Shown one piece after another: positions 1 through 8,569 of a DNA stretch of 47,359 nt. The position numbers and the translations under genes are program-made. The stretch is from positions 1 through 47,359 of IMG/VR virus record IMGVR_UViG_3300030376_007240; one strand, 5' to 3'. Source of the DNA: a virus (Duplodnaviria > Caudoviricetes). Position 1 is the stretch's first letter, and each line of letters begins with the position of its first letter. Below the pieces are notes generated by a model, which ran no database searches, was not told the DNA's origin, and worked only from the letters and a program-made list of their open reading frames with translations.

Positions 1-930
1 TATTTCTATTTCAACACTTGCAACAGTAATTTCTTCTACTTCAGGTTCAATTGGAGAAAAAGATATTTCTCCATCATCAACACTGACATCATTATATTCG
101 AAAACTTCTTCTACAAAATCTAGTTCAACAGTATCAAAAAGATTGAGGTAATATATTTCTTCGATTGTAGTTATCTGTTCAGTGATAATTGTATTGATTA
201 CATTGTAAAAGACATCAACTGTAACGTCATCAAACAAAGGACCGATGGCAAGGTTAATATCTCTACCCCCTACCTCAACAGTAATTTTATTTAAAACGCC
301 AGCGAAATCGAAAGTCCCATTGTACGATTGATAACCTGAAGCCACTCCAGACTCAGACAAGACATCAGTTCCACTAAAGACTTGGCTTGATCCGTTAAGA
401 CCTGTGATGTGCATGTATATTCTATCTTGAGCATCTTGTTTATCAACTTCGATTGTATATCTTACTTCTCCACCCTTTTGTATATTTAAATCAGATATGT
501 CAATTGTATTTATAAATGTTGTGCCCATACCTGAAACACCCATTGTTGATGTTGAATTACCACTACCTGTAATCTGGGCACACTTATCTGAACCTAAACC
601 ATAACAAGAATTACCTGAAGGCATGTTGGCACCTCCTTGACCACCCCAGTCAATATCCATATCACCTTCTTTTGATGTAACTACATATCCTGCATCTCCA
701 TCTAGAATATCTCCTGAGTTTGGGTTTGTGATAGTTTTAGTTGTAGTTGTGACAGTGGTTGTTGTCGTTGTAACAATCTCTGTTCCTAAATCCTCTTCTG
801 TTATGACAGTTTCAGACTCTTCTGTGATAGTAACACCAGGAGTGCAAAGTCCTGCTGTATCGGGTACACAATCAGCTTTAGAGTAAGAGTAACATAGAGA
901 GAGCAATAAGACCAAAATTCTTAATAGCAT
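1..930 (-). CDS. Exported protein with N-terminal signal peptide, Thr-rich linker and acidic region; 3' end truncated by the window
   Basis: Not in the ORF track. Hand translation from ATG at 930 is open to position 1: MLLRILVLLLSLCYSYSKADCVPDTAGLCTPG...DWGGQGG...CYGLGSDKCAQITG...EEITVASVEIEI. Hydrophobic N-terminus ending SKA-D; paired cysteines. Confidence 0.75.
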   Translation of the reverse strand, partial: MLLRILVLLLSLCYSYSKADCVPDTAGLCTPGVTITEESETVITEEDLGTEIVTTTTTTVTTTTKTITNPNSGDILDGDAGYVVTSKEGDMDIDWGGQGGANMPSGNSCYGLGSDKCAQITGSGNSTSTMGVSGMGTTFINTIDISDLNIQKGGEVRYTIEVDKQDAQDRIYMHITGLNGSSQVFSGTDVLSESGVASGYQSYNGTFDFAGVLNKITVEVGGRDINLAIGPLFDDVTVDVFYNVINTIITEQITTIEEIYYLNLFDTVELDFVEEVFEYNDVSVDDGEISFSPIEPEVEEITVASVEIEI

Positions 931-1435
931 TAATATCTCCTTTTGGTTGTTCTTCTACTTTAACTTGTGCAACATATTCAGTTTTGTATCTACTGCCGTC
1001 TGGAATCTCTGATGGATTGTCACTCCAATATTGAGCTGCCTCCGCACCGATAAAACCTCGTACAGGGCAAGGAGTCCCGGCATCGGTCATTGAATCCCAG
1101 ACACGTGGATCTTGACAAAGGATAGATACGGCCGACACTTTCATGCCAAAAGCGAATTGGGTCTTAGATAATTTTAAAAGCTGACACAGCTCGTCGTCGA
1201 TTAAAACGCCTGTAGCTAGACCTAACACATTATTTTGTACACTTCCGCCAACACCAACCTTACATATATCTGAATTTGAGTTTGGAATTACAGGTGCATT
1301 TGCTGTTGGTGGTGTGTTGTTTACTACCGTACTTGAAACGGTATTGGTCTCAGCATATGAATTTTTTTGAGATGATGTTAATCCTATGCAGAGCACAGTT
1401 AGGTATACAAAAAATAAAAATTTAAAATCTCTCAC
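878..1435 (-). CDS. Exported or membrane-anchored Cys-containing protein of unknown function
   Basis: Signal-peptide-like N-terminus (SYA-E), four further cysteines, hydrophobic C-terminus; overlaps the start of the downstream ORF. Confidence 0.7.
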   Translation of the reverse strand: MRDFKFLFFVYLTVLCIGLTSSQKNSYAETNTVSSTVVNNTPPTANAPVIPNSNSDICKVGVGGSVQNNVLGLATGVLIDDELCQLLKLSKTQFAFGMKVSAVSILCQDPRVWDSMTDAGTPCPVRGFIGAEAAQYWSDNPSEIPDGSRYKTEYVAQVKVEEQPKGDINAIKNFGLIALSMLLLL

Positions 1436-1438
1436 TAT

Positions 1439-1714
1439 CTAACATCTCCAACGTTTACGAGCCTGTCTTAACCTTGAGTTTGGATCTTTTGCTGCTTTAG
1501 GAAACTTTTTCATTTGTCCTGCGCTTCTAGCACAAAACGATTTTCTTCTTTTAGCAGCTTTACTACCTGGTTTGACTTTGCCTGTGACTGCTGTTTTTAA
1601 TTTAGAACCAGGATTCTCTGCTCTGTAACGAGCAACTCCTGCTTTGGTCATTCCCGCCCCACTTTTGGTGGAGCGGAAATACTTTTTAGTTTTTGGTGGT
1701 TGCTTATCTGCCAT
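1439..1714 (-). CDS. Small highly basic phage protein (DUF6321-like)
   Basis: RRKSFCARS...PNSRLRQARKRWRC motif recognised from memory; K/R-rich. Confidence 0.7.
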   Translation of the reverse strand: MADKQPPKTKKYFRSTKSGAGMTKAGVARYRAENPGSKLKTAVTGKVKPGSKAAKRRKSFCARSAGQMKKFPKAAKDPNSRLRQARKRWRC

Positions 1715-2316
1715 TACCCATCAAAGAAAATTGTAGCACTGTCGTAACCAGCACTAATGTCGATAAATGCACCGTTTCTAAAGAGGATACCTTCATCAGG
1801 GATGTAAGGATCTACTTGTCCTGCGGCAGCGGGAGTATCAATCTCTAACAACTTAGAACCAGTTTGTGAACCGTCTCTAATTATTAAAGCACCAGCAGTT
1901 GAACTACTAACTCCATGCAACCCTCTAACTCTAGTGGCGCCTGCGAATACAATACCTTGCGTGCCTGAAGTTGCAGTAAATCCTGCAGAGGTATTTGTTC
2001 CAACTGCACCATTCGTTGCAATCTGTGTTACTGTCAAAAACTTTTGAGTAGTAGTCACAGTTCCGGCATTAGGACCAGCAATAGTTTGGTTTACAGTTGC
2101 TCCACTAGCATCAGTGCCAGTTATAGTAAAGTTTGTTCCTGAGATGTTACCACCTGAAGTAAGAGTCACGGTGGTATCCATATTAGAACCGTCACTTACA
2201 GATGTTCCTGTCAAGTTCATATTCCCGGCTCCGCCTAAAGTTTGAAGTGCTGCAATAGCTGCAGTGTCTGCAGAAACAGCCTTAAACAGTTTTGATTTAA
2301 TGCTTGTTACTGACAT
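1714..2316 (-). CDS. Putative virion structural protein (Thr/Gly/Ala-rich, beta-rich)
   Basis: Composition and position in the head operon; GGAG SD upstream. Confidence 0.6.
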   Translation of the reverse strand: MSVTSIKSKLFKAVSADTAAIAALQTLGGAGNMNLTGTSVSDGSNMDTTVTLTSGGNISGTNFTITGTDASGATVNQTIAGPNAGTVTTTQKFLTVTQIATNGAVGTNTSAGFTATSGTQGIVFAGATRVRGLHGVSSSTAGALIIRDGSQTGSKLLEIDTPAAAGQVDPYIPDEGILFRNGAFIDISAGYDSATIFFDG

Positions 2317-2326
2317 GATTTACTCC

Positions 2327-3088
2327 TTACGCAGGTCCGTCAGGGTATGTTACATCTCTATCTTGAGCACCCATCATGTAATCTAAGGTTGTTACCTTCT
2401 GACCTGTAGCATCACCTGATACACTCATAGCAGCTAACTTCATGTTTGCTGTTGGAACATTAGTTTTACTTGTCCCTGCAAATTTTCTATTGATATAAAA
2501 ATCAACTTTGTCATCGGAAGAAGTAGCACCTTTTGTTGCAACAAAACCTAAAGTTACGTAAGTATCATTAGTTAAAGTTGATAAGGTTGTATCTGAAAAT
2601 GTGACAGTATTTCGTGTGCCACTTGCTTCAGTAATACCTGCGATAACCGCACTACCATCAGTTAGTAAGAAACCAATGATGTTAGCAGAAAGTAAAGCAG
2701 CCTCAGGGTTGGTTGTAAATGTTTCTGTTAATCCAACAAGAACATCCATCTGATCGACATCAGATGCTTTAACTCTTGTTTCATAATACAACTTATTGCC
2801 CGCTGTTGAAGGTAAAGAATAAAATTCTTGTTTACCTTGAATTGAAGCGCCGTCATTGTCTGTTGTGTTTGCTGAAGTTAAGTTGAGTTCACCAGATCTA
2901 GCATCTGCAACGATAGCTGCGGCTGCTCCTGAATCTTTTACGATTGTCCATCTTAGTGTCTCGTCAATTGCTCCATGATCGTAATCATCGAACTGAATGA
3001 ATTGATCATTCCATCTAGCGATATTTAAGTTCTCAAGTGCAGGTCTCTGCGCTGAAAATAATATCGGCCCTTTAAAGTGTGTAGCCAT
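2327..3088 (-). CDS. Putative virion structural or head-decoration protein
   Basis: Directly after the capsid gene, AAGGAGG SD, N-terminus MATHFKGP, beta-strand-rich. Confidence 0.6.
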   Translation of the reverse strand: MATHFKGPILFSAQRPALENLNIARWNDQFIQFDDYDHGAIDETLRWTIVKDSGAAAAIVADARSGELNLTSANTTDNDGASIQGKQEFYSLPSTAGNKLYYETRVKASDVDQMDVLVGLTETFTTNPEAALLSANIIGFLLTDGSAVIAGITEASGTRNTVTFSDTTLSTLTNDTYVTLGFVATKGATSSDDKVDFYINRKFAGTSKTNVPTANMKLAAMSVSGDATGQKVTTLDYMMGAQDRDVTYPDGPA

Positions 3089-3103
3089 AATAAACCTCCT
3101 TGG

Positions 3104-3176
3104 TTGTATAGACCATCCGTTATGCAGTCTCTATACCGTCTGCTAGCCCAGTGTGCATAACTGTTAACTGCTAGAA
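3104..3176 (-). ncRNA. Structured RNA with three interleaved helices downstream of the capsid gene; candidate Mu-gpT-DE-type motif
   Basis: Pairings 3170-3174/3143-3147, 3154-3161/3119-3126 (8 bp) and 3127-3136/3106-3113. Family assignment is inferred from position only. Confidence 0.5.
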
Positions 3177-3190
3177 TTTCAATATGCCAT

Positions 3191-3225
3191 AAAAAAAGGG
3201 CGCAGTCAAAGACATACGCCCTTTA
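3191..3225 (-). terminator. Rho-independent terminator after the major capsid gene
   Basis: Minus strand AAAGGGCGUAUGUC-UUU-GACUGCGCCCUUU followed by UUUU. Confidence 0.85.
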
Positions 3226-3248
3226 GCTATTAATTATTGACGACTAGA

Positions 3249-4172
3249 TTATGCGCCAGATGTACCAAATACACAACGTGGATCTGAGAAACCAAATGAG
3301 TATCTCTCTCTCGCTTTGTATCGGATATTACCTGTATCAAAATCACCTTCCATAACTGTTTTTAATGGTGTTCTAGTAAAGTGTTTGAAACCATTAGGTG
3401 CATCAGTTTTGATATAGAAAGCATCTGCATCATTTAAGTAGTGGTTCACAGTATATCCCTGTGGAATCACTCCCATGTTTCTGATGGCATTGATGTCATT
3501 ATCTGCTGTGCCAGTTCTTAAGGTTGTTTCCATTAATCTGTTGGCTGTGAACTGAAGCTGTCTTGGAATGATAAGTTTCATACCTTGAATAGCTGTTCTT
3601 AGACCTCTCTCATCTCTGAAATCAGCGATGTCGATTAAGGATTGCTCGAGTGAAGTTTCATTCAAGTCAGCATCTGTTGCAAGTCTATTTGCTAAGAAAC
3701 CACCTGTTTGAAGTGGGTGTTGTGTATTTATTAAAGATACACCGTCACCACCAGGATTAGTTCCTGCAGCACCTGCAGCAGCAAAAGCGTCGTTAAGAAT
3801 AGCGGCAGCTTTTACTTGCTTTGTGTTTGCCATTGAACGAGCAAGTGCTCTTGTGTATCTCGCAGCGAGTCTGTCGTAAAGGTTGTCCTCTACAGCTTCC
3901 TCGGTGATTGAGAATGCAAGTGCGATTGTCTCGTGTGTATAGCGTGCTGTGAATGTTTCGTTAGCTGTGTCGAAAGATACGCCTTCACCTTCTTCTTTGG
4001 TTGGGGCGGTTCCGAAACCTGCTAACATTACTTCTTCTTCAAATGCTCTGTCAGATGACTCAGCATCAAAGATCTCAGCGTGTTCATTGTCGTACCGTGC
4101 GTACTCCAGACCAAACAGTGCGTTTAGACCTGGCTCTAACTCTTTAACGAGTTGACTTCTAGATATAGCCAT
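3249..4172 (-). CDS. Major capsid protein (Mu gpT-like family, HK97 fold)
   Basis: MAISRSQLVKELEPGLNALFGLEY N-terminus and YKARERYSFGFSDPR C-terminus; GGAGG SD; followed by a terminator. Confidence 0.92.
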   Translation of the reverse strand: MAISRSQLVKELEPGLNALFGLEYARYDNEHAEIFDAESSDRAFEEEVMLAGFGTAPTKEEGEGVSFDTANETFTARYTHETIALAFSITEEAVEDNLYDRLAARYTRALARSMANTKQVKAAAILNDAFAAAGAAGTNPGGDGVSLINTQHPLQTGGFLANRLATDADLNETSLEQSLIDIADFRDERGLRTAIQGMKLIIPRQLQFTANRLMETTLRTGTADNDINAIRNMGVIPQGYTVNHYLNDADAFYIKTDAPNGFKHFTRTPLKTVMEGDFDTGNIRYKARERYSFGFSDPRCVFGTSGA

Positions 4173-4183
4173 AGTTTAACCTC

Positions 4184-4765
4184 CTATATGCCTGCAGTAT
4201 TAGCACTGTACAAGTGCTTGTTTATTTTCACGATGATATTTGGGTTGTTAGATGTTGTGTCGTTATTTTCAGGATCTCCTGAAAGTCCAACAATCTTAAC
4301 AGCTGAGTCTGCACCTGTACCAATAGCTCCAGAATTAACTTCGACTTTTGATGTTCCACTGTGTGTAGAACCTGCGGTGTATGTCAGATTTGCTGTTGCG
4401 CCTATATCTGCGTTTGTAAATGCACCAGATACTTGAATTTCAAATAACTGATTAGGATCATCCTGCACGAATGCCTTAATGATACCATCAAAGCTTACTG
4501 TGTCCGCTGCATGAAAGTTGGCCCAAACAGGTTTTCTTGATGTGTTATCCACATAATTAACTCCGTTTAAAACACCTACCATCACATCAGCAGCACCATT
4601 AGCTACATTGAGTGTACCACCGGCTACAACTTCGACAGGGTCACCTTGAAAGATTGCGGTGTCATAACCACTAGCAATCAGGTATTGAGTTTGACCATTT
4701 GAAGATGGTGCGGAACCTGACATTCTAACAGCTCTGAAACCAAAGGGTGCGTCTTGATTTGCCAT
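4184..4765 (-). CDS. Putative capsid cement or minor head protein
   Basis: MANQDAPFGF...IFQGDPV...DDPNQLFEIQ pattern, immediately upstream of the capsid gene. Confidence 0.65.
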   Translation of the reverse strand: MANQDAPFGFRAVRMSGSAPSSNGQTQYLIASGYDTAIFQGDPVEVVAGGTLNVANGAADVMVGVLNGVNYVDNTSRKPVWANFHAADTVSFDGIIKAFVQDDPNQLFEIQVSGAFTNADIGATANLTYTAGSTHSGTSKVEVNSGAIGTGADSAVKIVGLSGDPENNDTTSNNPNIIVKINKHLYSANTAGI

Positions 4766-4826
4766 TTTAATACTCCTTAGTATTTGTGTTTTTAGTAAGT
4801 GTTACGTCTTCAGGTTAGAAAAAAAA

Positions 4827-5285
4827 TTATTCACTTTTCTTCGAGCCACCGAACGTAACTCTAGTTTGTCGCTCGGGTTTATTAATTGGCATTGAAGGAT
4901 GTTGTTCCTTTAGAAGATCGTTATCAACAGCTTCCTGTTGATATTTGGTTTGGTCGGAGTAATATTTATCTCTTTCCTTTGCAATCTCTAATGGCACCTT
5001 TGCCAATAATAATCCTCCCACTGAAACAATACCTTTGTGTTTTCCTTCGGACTCAGTTGGGAAATCAAAATCTGGATATTCATCTGCTCTGACAAGTTCG
5101 TAACCTTGTCTAATTCGACCGATAACATTTTTGTTATCTTCATACCCTCTGACTGATTCCCTAATCCATCTGAATTTAAAACCTTCAGGCGGTGTCGGTG
5201 TTTCAAGCGAGCTTGGTGGTTGCCAGTGTTTAGTGCGTGCTTCTTTATCCCTTGTGGATGCAGATCTAGGTTTCTTATCTATCAT
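4827..5285 (-). CDS. Conserved phage head-module protein of unknown function
   Basis: WQPPSSLETP...FRWIR...VGGLLLAK; GGAGG SD; lies between scaffold and capsid genes. Confidence 0.65.
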   Translation of the reverse strand: MIDKKPRSASTRDKEARTKHWQPPSSLETPTPPEGFKFRWIRESVRGYEDNKNVIGRIRQGYELVRADEYPDFDFPTESEGKHKGIVSVGGLLLAKVPLEIAKERDKYYSDQTKYQQEAVDNDLLKEQHPSMPINKPERQTRVTFGGSKKSE

Positions 5286-5289
5286 AATG

Positions 5290-6303
5290 TTACCTCCTCT
5301 GTAACTTTAGTTTTTCCGACGCATATTGCTCGTTGGAAAGACCAAGTCGTTTTGCGATAGCCGCTTCTGAACTTGACAACTTAACTACGTTGCGTCCTGT
5401 GCCTCTGTTTCGATTTGCGCTTGCTACAGTCTGGACGGGCTGTTGCGTTGCGGGTTCTTCGGATGAAGAATCTTGTTTGAACTTATGAGGAAGATTATCC
5501 CTCATACGTTTATCAATCTCAGTATAGTAGTAATCTGTTCTTGGATCAACCCCTTGATTGACTAAATCCTCGTGAATAGCATATGCCACATTAGTCATGA
5601 CTTTATCTCTGCCAAACCACTCATTATCTGTTGCCCAAGCTTCTGCTTTTGGGTCTTTTATTGGTTCCTGCTTTGGAGCTTGAGGTATTTCAACTTCTTT
5701 TTCCTGCTTTGAAGCATTGGCTAAAGCTTCTTGTTGAGATTTAAGTTGTTCATATCTAGCTTGATCAGAACCTAATTTTCCTATTTCAAGTTGTGCTGCA
5801 GCCATAGCGTCACTATCTTGCTCATCCATAGCCTTTTTTAATTTAGATTTGGCAGCTTCCATTGAACTTTCAATACGTCCACCTTCAGCACCTACGTATC
5901 CAGTATTTAACTTAGATAGTTCCTCTTGAATTTTATCTCTTTCAGATTTAATAGCTTGAGCAATTTTTATTGCTTCTTCTTCTCGTCTTCGAGACTCTCC
6001 TAATTGATAAGCATATTCATCAAATCTTTTCTGAACGGACTTACTATACTTTTGTTTAGGTTCTTCTTTTGGTTCTTCCTCTGTTTTAACTTCTTCTTGC
6101 TTTGTTTTGTCTTCAACAACAGGATCTCCTTGCGATTCCTCTACTTCAGCTTCAAAAGTTTTTTTCTCTTGAGGAATTTCAATTTCGTTTTCTTCTGTTT
6201 CGGCAGCGATATCTTCGCTCTCTATTTCTACAGAATATTCTGCTTTTTTCTTTTCTCCAGATTGTGCTTGAAGTTCTGCAACTTGTCTATCTACTTCGTT
6301 CAT
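5290..6303 (-). CDS. Putative capsid scaffolding protein
   Basis: Acidic N-terminus, long coiled-coil, basic helical C-terminus; position between portal and capsid. Confidence 0.65.
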   Translation of the reverse strand: MNEVDRQVAELQAQSGEKKKAEYSVEIESEDIAAETEENEIEIPQEKKTFEAEVEESQGDPVVEDKTKQEEVKTEEEPKEEPKQKYSKSVQKRFDEYAYQLGESRRREEEAIKIAQAIKSERDKIQEELSKLNTGYVGAEGGRIESSMEAAKSKLKKAMDEQDSDAMAAAQLEIGKLGSDQARYEQLKSQQEALANASKQEKEVEIPQAPKQEPIKDPKAEAWATDNEWFGRDKVMTNVAYAIHEDLVNQGVDPRTDYYYTEIDKRMRDNLPHKFKQDSSSEEPATQQPVQTVASANRNRGTGRNVVKLSSSEAAIAKRLGLSNEQYASEKLKLQRR

Positions 6304-6728
6304 GTGTATACTCCTAAAATATCTTCAGGGCTATCTACTGTCCCTAAAATTTCGTCATCATTTAAAATTCTTAGTTCGCCTTCCTCGATTTTAATTCGAG
6401 AACCTGCATATCTTGCGATGATTACCCACTCGCCTTTTTTACACCAAGGACCATTTGGAAATTTGTCCTTATCCGCATAAGCGTCGGGTCCGACTTCTAG
6501 AACTAAAGCACATACAGAAGCTATCTGTTGTTCTTCTACTGCTTTATCGGTTAATATAACTCCACCTTTAGTTTTACCTATACCTCTGTACGGCAATACT
6601 AATATTCTCCAACCTGTTGGTTTAGGAACTTTGCTTAAGGCAGTTTCTTTCTCTTCTTTTTTTTCAGCAGGTTTGATACCTACTATCTTTTTTTCTTTAG
6701 GCACTATCAGGCCCGTCGTTGACGTCAT
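6300..6728 (-). CDS. groES: Co-chaperonin GroES-like protein
   Basis: PTGWRILV, KTKGGVIL mobile loop, VLEVGP, YAGSRIKI, LRILNDDEILG. Confidence 0.88.
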   Translation of the reverse strand: MTSTTGLIVPKEKKIVGIKPAEKKEEKETALSKVPKPTGWRILVLPYRGIGKTKGGVILTDKAVEEQQIASVCALVLEVGPDAYADKDKFPNGPWCKKGEWVIIARYAGSRIKIEEGELRILNDDEILGTVDSPEDILGVYT

Positions 6729-6915
6729 CGTCTACCTCCCATTTGCGAAGCAAATCCCTAACATCTGCATCGAGTTTGCGAAGAGAGGTGAGCTGACCAA
6801 CTAGGAATTGATAATTCGCCCAGTTCTCTACGTTTCCGTCTAGAATTACAGACTTTACATCGTCTTGTCTAGTCTTTAATAGACGTAAAATTGCTGAATA
6901 GATATTTGTTTCCAA
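6697..6915 (-). CDS. Small conserved phage protein
   Basis: TTG start directly after the upstream stop; helical, YQFLVGQ motif. Confidence 0.6.
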   Translation of the reverse strand: METNIYSAILRLLKTRQDDVKSVILDGNVENWANYQFLVGQLTSLRKLDADVRDLLRKWEVDDDVNDGPDSA

Positions 6916-7023
6916 TTATCTTTTTTTGATAACTTTCTTCAATGTCTTGGCTTGTTTAGCGTGTAACTTAGAGGCTTTCTTTAAACCTTTAATTACTCCC
7001 TTTATTGCTTTTACTTTTTTCAT
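6916..7023 (-). CDS. 35-aa Lys-rich peptide
   Basis: Hand translation MKKVKAIKGVIKGLKKASKLHAKQAKTLKKVIKKR; ATGA overlap with the upstream gene; fills the gap exactly. Confidence 0.65.
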   Translation of the reverse strand: MKKVKAIKGVIKGLKKASKLHAKQAKTLKKVIKKR

Positions 7024-7418
7024 TTTTTTGCCTTTGATATCATACCTTTAATACCGGGTGCCGCCCTAACCCCCAGACTGACACTGCAAGCTAAATATAA
7101 TAAATGGGTGTAATACTCCGGTAAAGTTTCCAAAATTTCAAACCCACGAGCTATGTGTGGTTGCATGAAGGGTAAGAAGCTGCAAATCGCTGGAACCATC
7201 AGGGCTAATAAAACAAATTCGTCTTTCCAGGACCCTTTCATCTGATCGACCGCACTGGCCTCCCACCCAATTGTTCCTGCAATTTGTTGCTCTTTTAAAC
7301 TTTTCTGTGCTTTTATTTCGGTTAGCTTAAGGTCTGCCTTTGCTTTCTTCGTCTCTACGAAGCCTTTGATTGCGTCCCCGACCATGTTGCCTATTGGACC
7401 GACTAATAAATTAAACAT
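7020..7418 (-). CDS. Membrane protein, holin candidate
   Basis: Amphipathic N-terminus, SWKDE followed by two hydrophobic segments, basic C-terminus. Confidence 0.5.
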   Translation of the reverse strand: MFNLLVGPIGNMVGDAIKGFVETKKAKADLKLTEIKAQKSLKEQQIAGTIGWEASAVDQMKGSWKDEFVLLALMVPAICSFLPFMQPHIARGFEILETLPEYYTHLLYLACSVSLGVRAAPGIKGMISKAKK

Positions 7419-7536
7419 TAGTAATTATTAAATAGGCAACAACAACGACTGCGCCACCAAAGAATAACTTTCCTTTTTTATTTAATCTACCCCACCAGTG
7501 AACAAAGTGGTTCCATTTCATTTTGATGTATTTCAT
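7411..7536 (-). CDS. 41-aa single-pass membrane peptide
   Basis: Hand translation MKYIKMKWNHFVHWWGRLNKKGKLFFGGAVVVVAYLIITNV; TAATG overlap with the upstream gene. Confidence 0.6.
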   Translation of the reverse strand: MKYIKMKWNHFVHWWGRLNKKGKLFFGGAVVVVAYLIITNV

Positions 7537-7928
7537 TAGAATACTCCTTTGAATGAGGTACCACGAATTGCAGCACCTGTTCCTCTCATACCTTGAGAGT
7601 TAGGTCCCTTTTTTGGAGGAACTGTTCGTGTGAGTCTTTTACCCTCAACTGACCCACCATTTTTAAATTTTTTAATCATGCCACCATTTTTTGCTCCTTT
7701 TGGAACACCGTCTTTGTACTTCTCTGACATTTGATTCATGATTTTTTTAAACTGATTAAATTGTTCTTGAGTTTCAATATCTTTGTATGAGTCTACTCCT
7801 ACAGCTTCTTCTGCCAAATCAATAATTTTTTGAGGTGTTGATAGCCCTCCACCGAAAGTTAATTTCTTGTCGATGTATAAACCAATTTTTTCTTTGATGC
7901 TTGTTTTTTTATCTTTATCGTCAGCCAC
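7536..7928 (-). CDS. Basic protein with KNGG motifs and RGTGAAI..F.GVF C-terminus
   Basis: ORF track; shares its C-terminal motif with the adjacent ORF. Confidence 0.7.
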   Translation of the reverse strand: MADDKDKKTSIKEKIGLYIDKKLTFGGGLSTPQKIIDLAEEAVGVDSYKDIETQEQFNQFKKIMNQMSEKYKDGVPKGAKNGGMIKKFKNGGSVEGKRLTRTVPPKKGPNSQGMRGTGAAIRGTSFKGVF

Positions 7929-8179
7929 TAAAATACTCCTTGAAAACCTTTTCCTTTGATAGCTGCTCCTGTGCCACGAGCCATACCACCATTAGCCATT
8001 TTTTTTGGCTTCTTCATTTTCTTTGCCATCTTCATTTCTTTTTTTGTAGCTGGACGTAATCCTATCTCTAGAACCATACCACCATCTTTCATGTAGCCCA
8101 TTTTGTTTCTCACTCCTGTTGGGAGTTTTGCTAGACCTGGGTTCTTTGCCTTGTCTACTGGTTTTAAATTTTTTTTCAT
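7928..8179 (-). CDS. Small basic protein with KDGG/ANGG motifs and RGTGAAI..F.GVF C-terminus
   Basis: ORF track; translationally coupled on both sides. Confidence 0.7.
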   Translation of the reverse strand: MKKNLKPVDKAKNPGLAKLPTGVRNKMGYMKDGGMVLEIGLRPATKKEMKMAKKMKKPKKMANGGMARGTGAAIKGKGFQGVF

Positions 8180-8448
8180 TAGTGTATCGTCCTATTCAAT
8201 TGAGGTACAACCTCGTATTTATAATTTGCCAATAACCTTAACAAATCTTGAGTATCTTTTAAACCTAATTCTTTGTTCATGGCCCACTGTCCTGTAGCTA
8301 AAAATGCACTGGCAATGGCTAACGGATCAACTTCTTGTGATGTGTATAGGGCGTGTAAAGCTTTGAATTCCTTAGTTAAAGATCCGACTAAGTCGTGATC
8401 AATTTTTTCCCAAGAATTAACCTTTTTTTGTTTTCCTTTTTTTGCCAT
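8179..8448 (-). CDS. Hypothetical protein
   Basis: ORF track; same strand and packed within the operon. Confidence 0.6.
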   Translation of the reverse strand: MAKKGKQKKVNSWEKIDHDLVGSLTKEFKALHALYTSQEVDPLAIASAFLATGQWAMNKELGLKDTQDLLRLLANYKYEVVPQLNRTIH

Positions 8449-8569
8449 CTTTTTTACCTGCCTTATCTAAAGCAATAGCAATTGCTTGTTTTTGAGGACG
8501 TCCTTCTTTCCTCATCTTAGATATATTAGCACTTATTGTACGATTACTACTACCTTTTTTTAGAGGCAT
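8417..8569 (-). CDS. 50-aa basic protein (DUF6496-like)
   Basis: Hand translation [50 protein letters not shown]; KQAIAIAL motif recognised from memory. Confidence 0.7.
   Translation of the reverse strand: MPLKKGSSNRTISANISKMRKEGRPQKQAIAIALDKAGKKDGKKRKTKKG

Noticed and set aside
4790-4826. Minus-strand CUGAAGA in the intergenic gap as a hammerhead core
   Set aside because: No GAAA partner or supporting stems.
3949-6480. Plus-strand and alternative-frame ORFs overlapping the head genes
   Set aside because: Shadows of well-supported genes with no motifs or SD.
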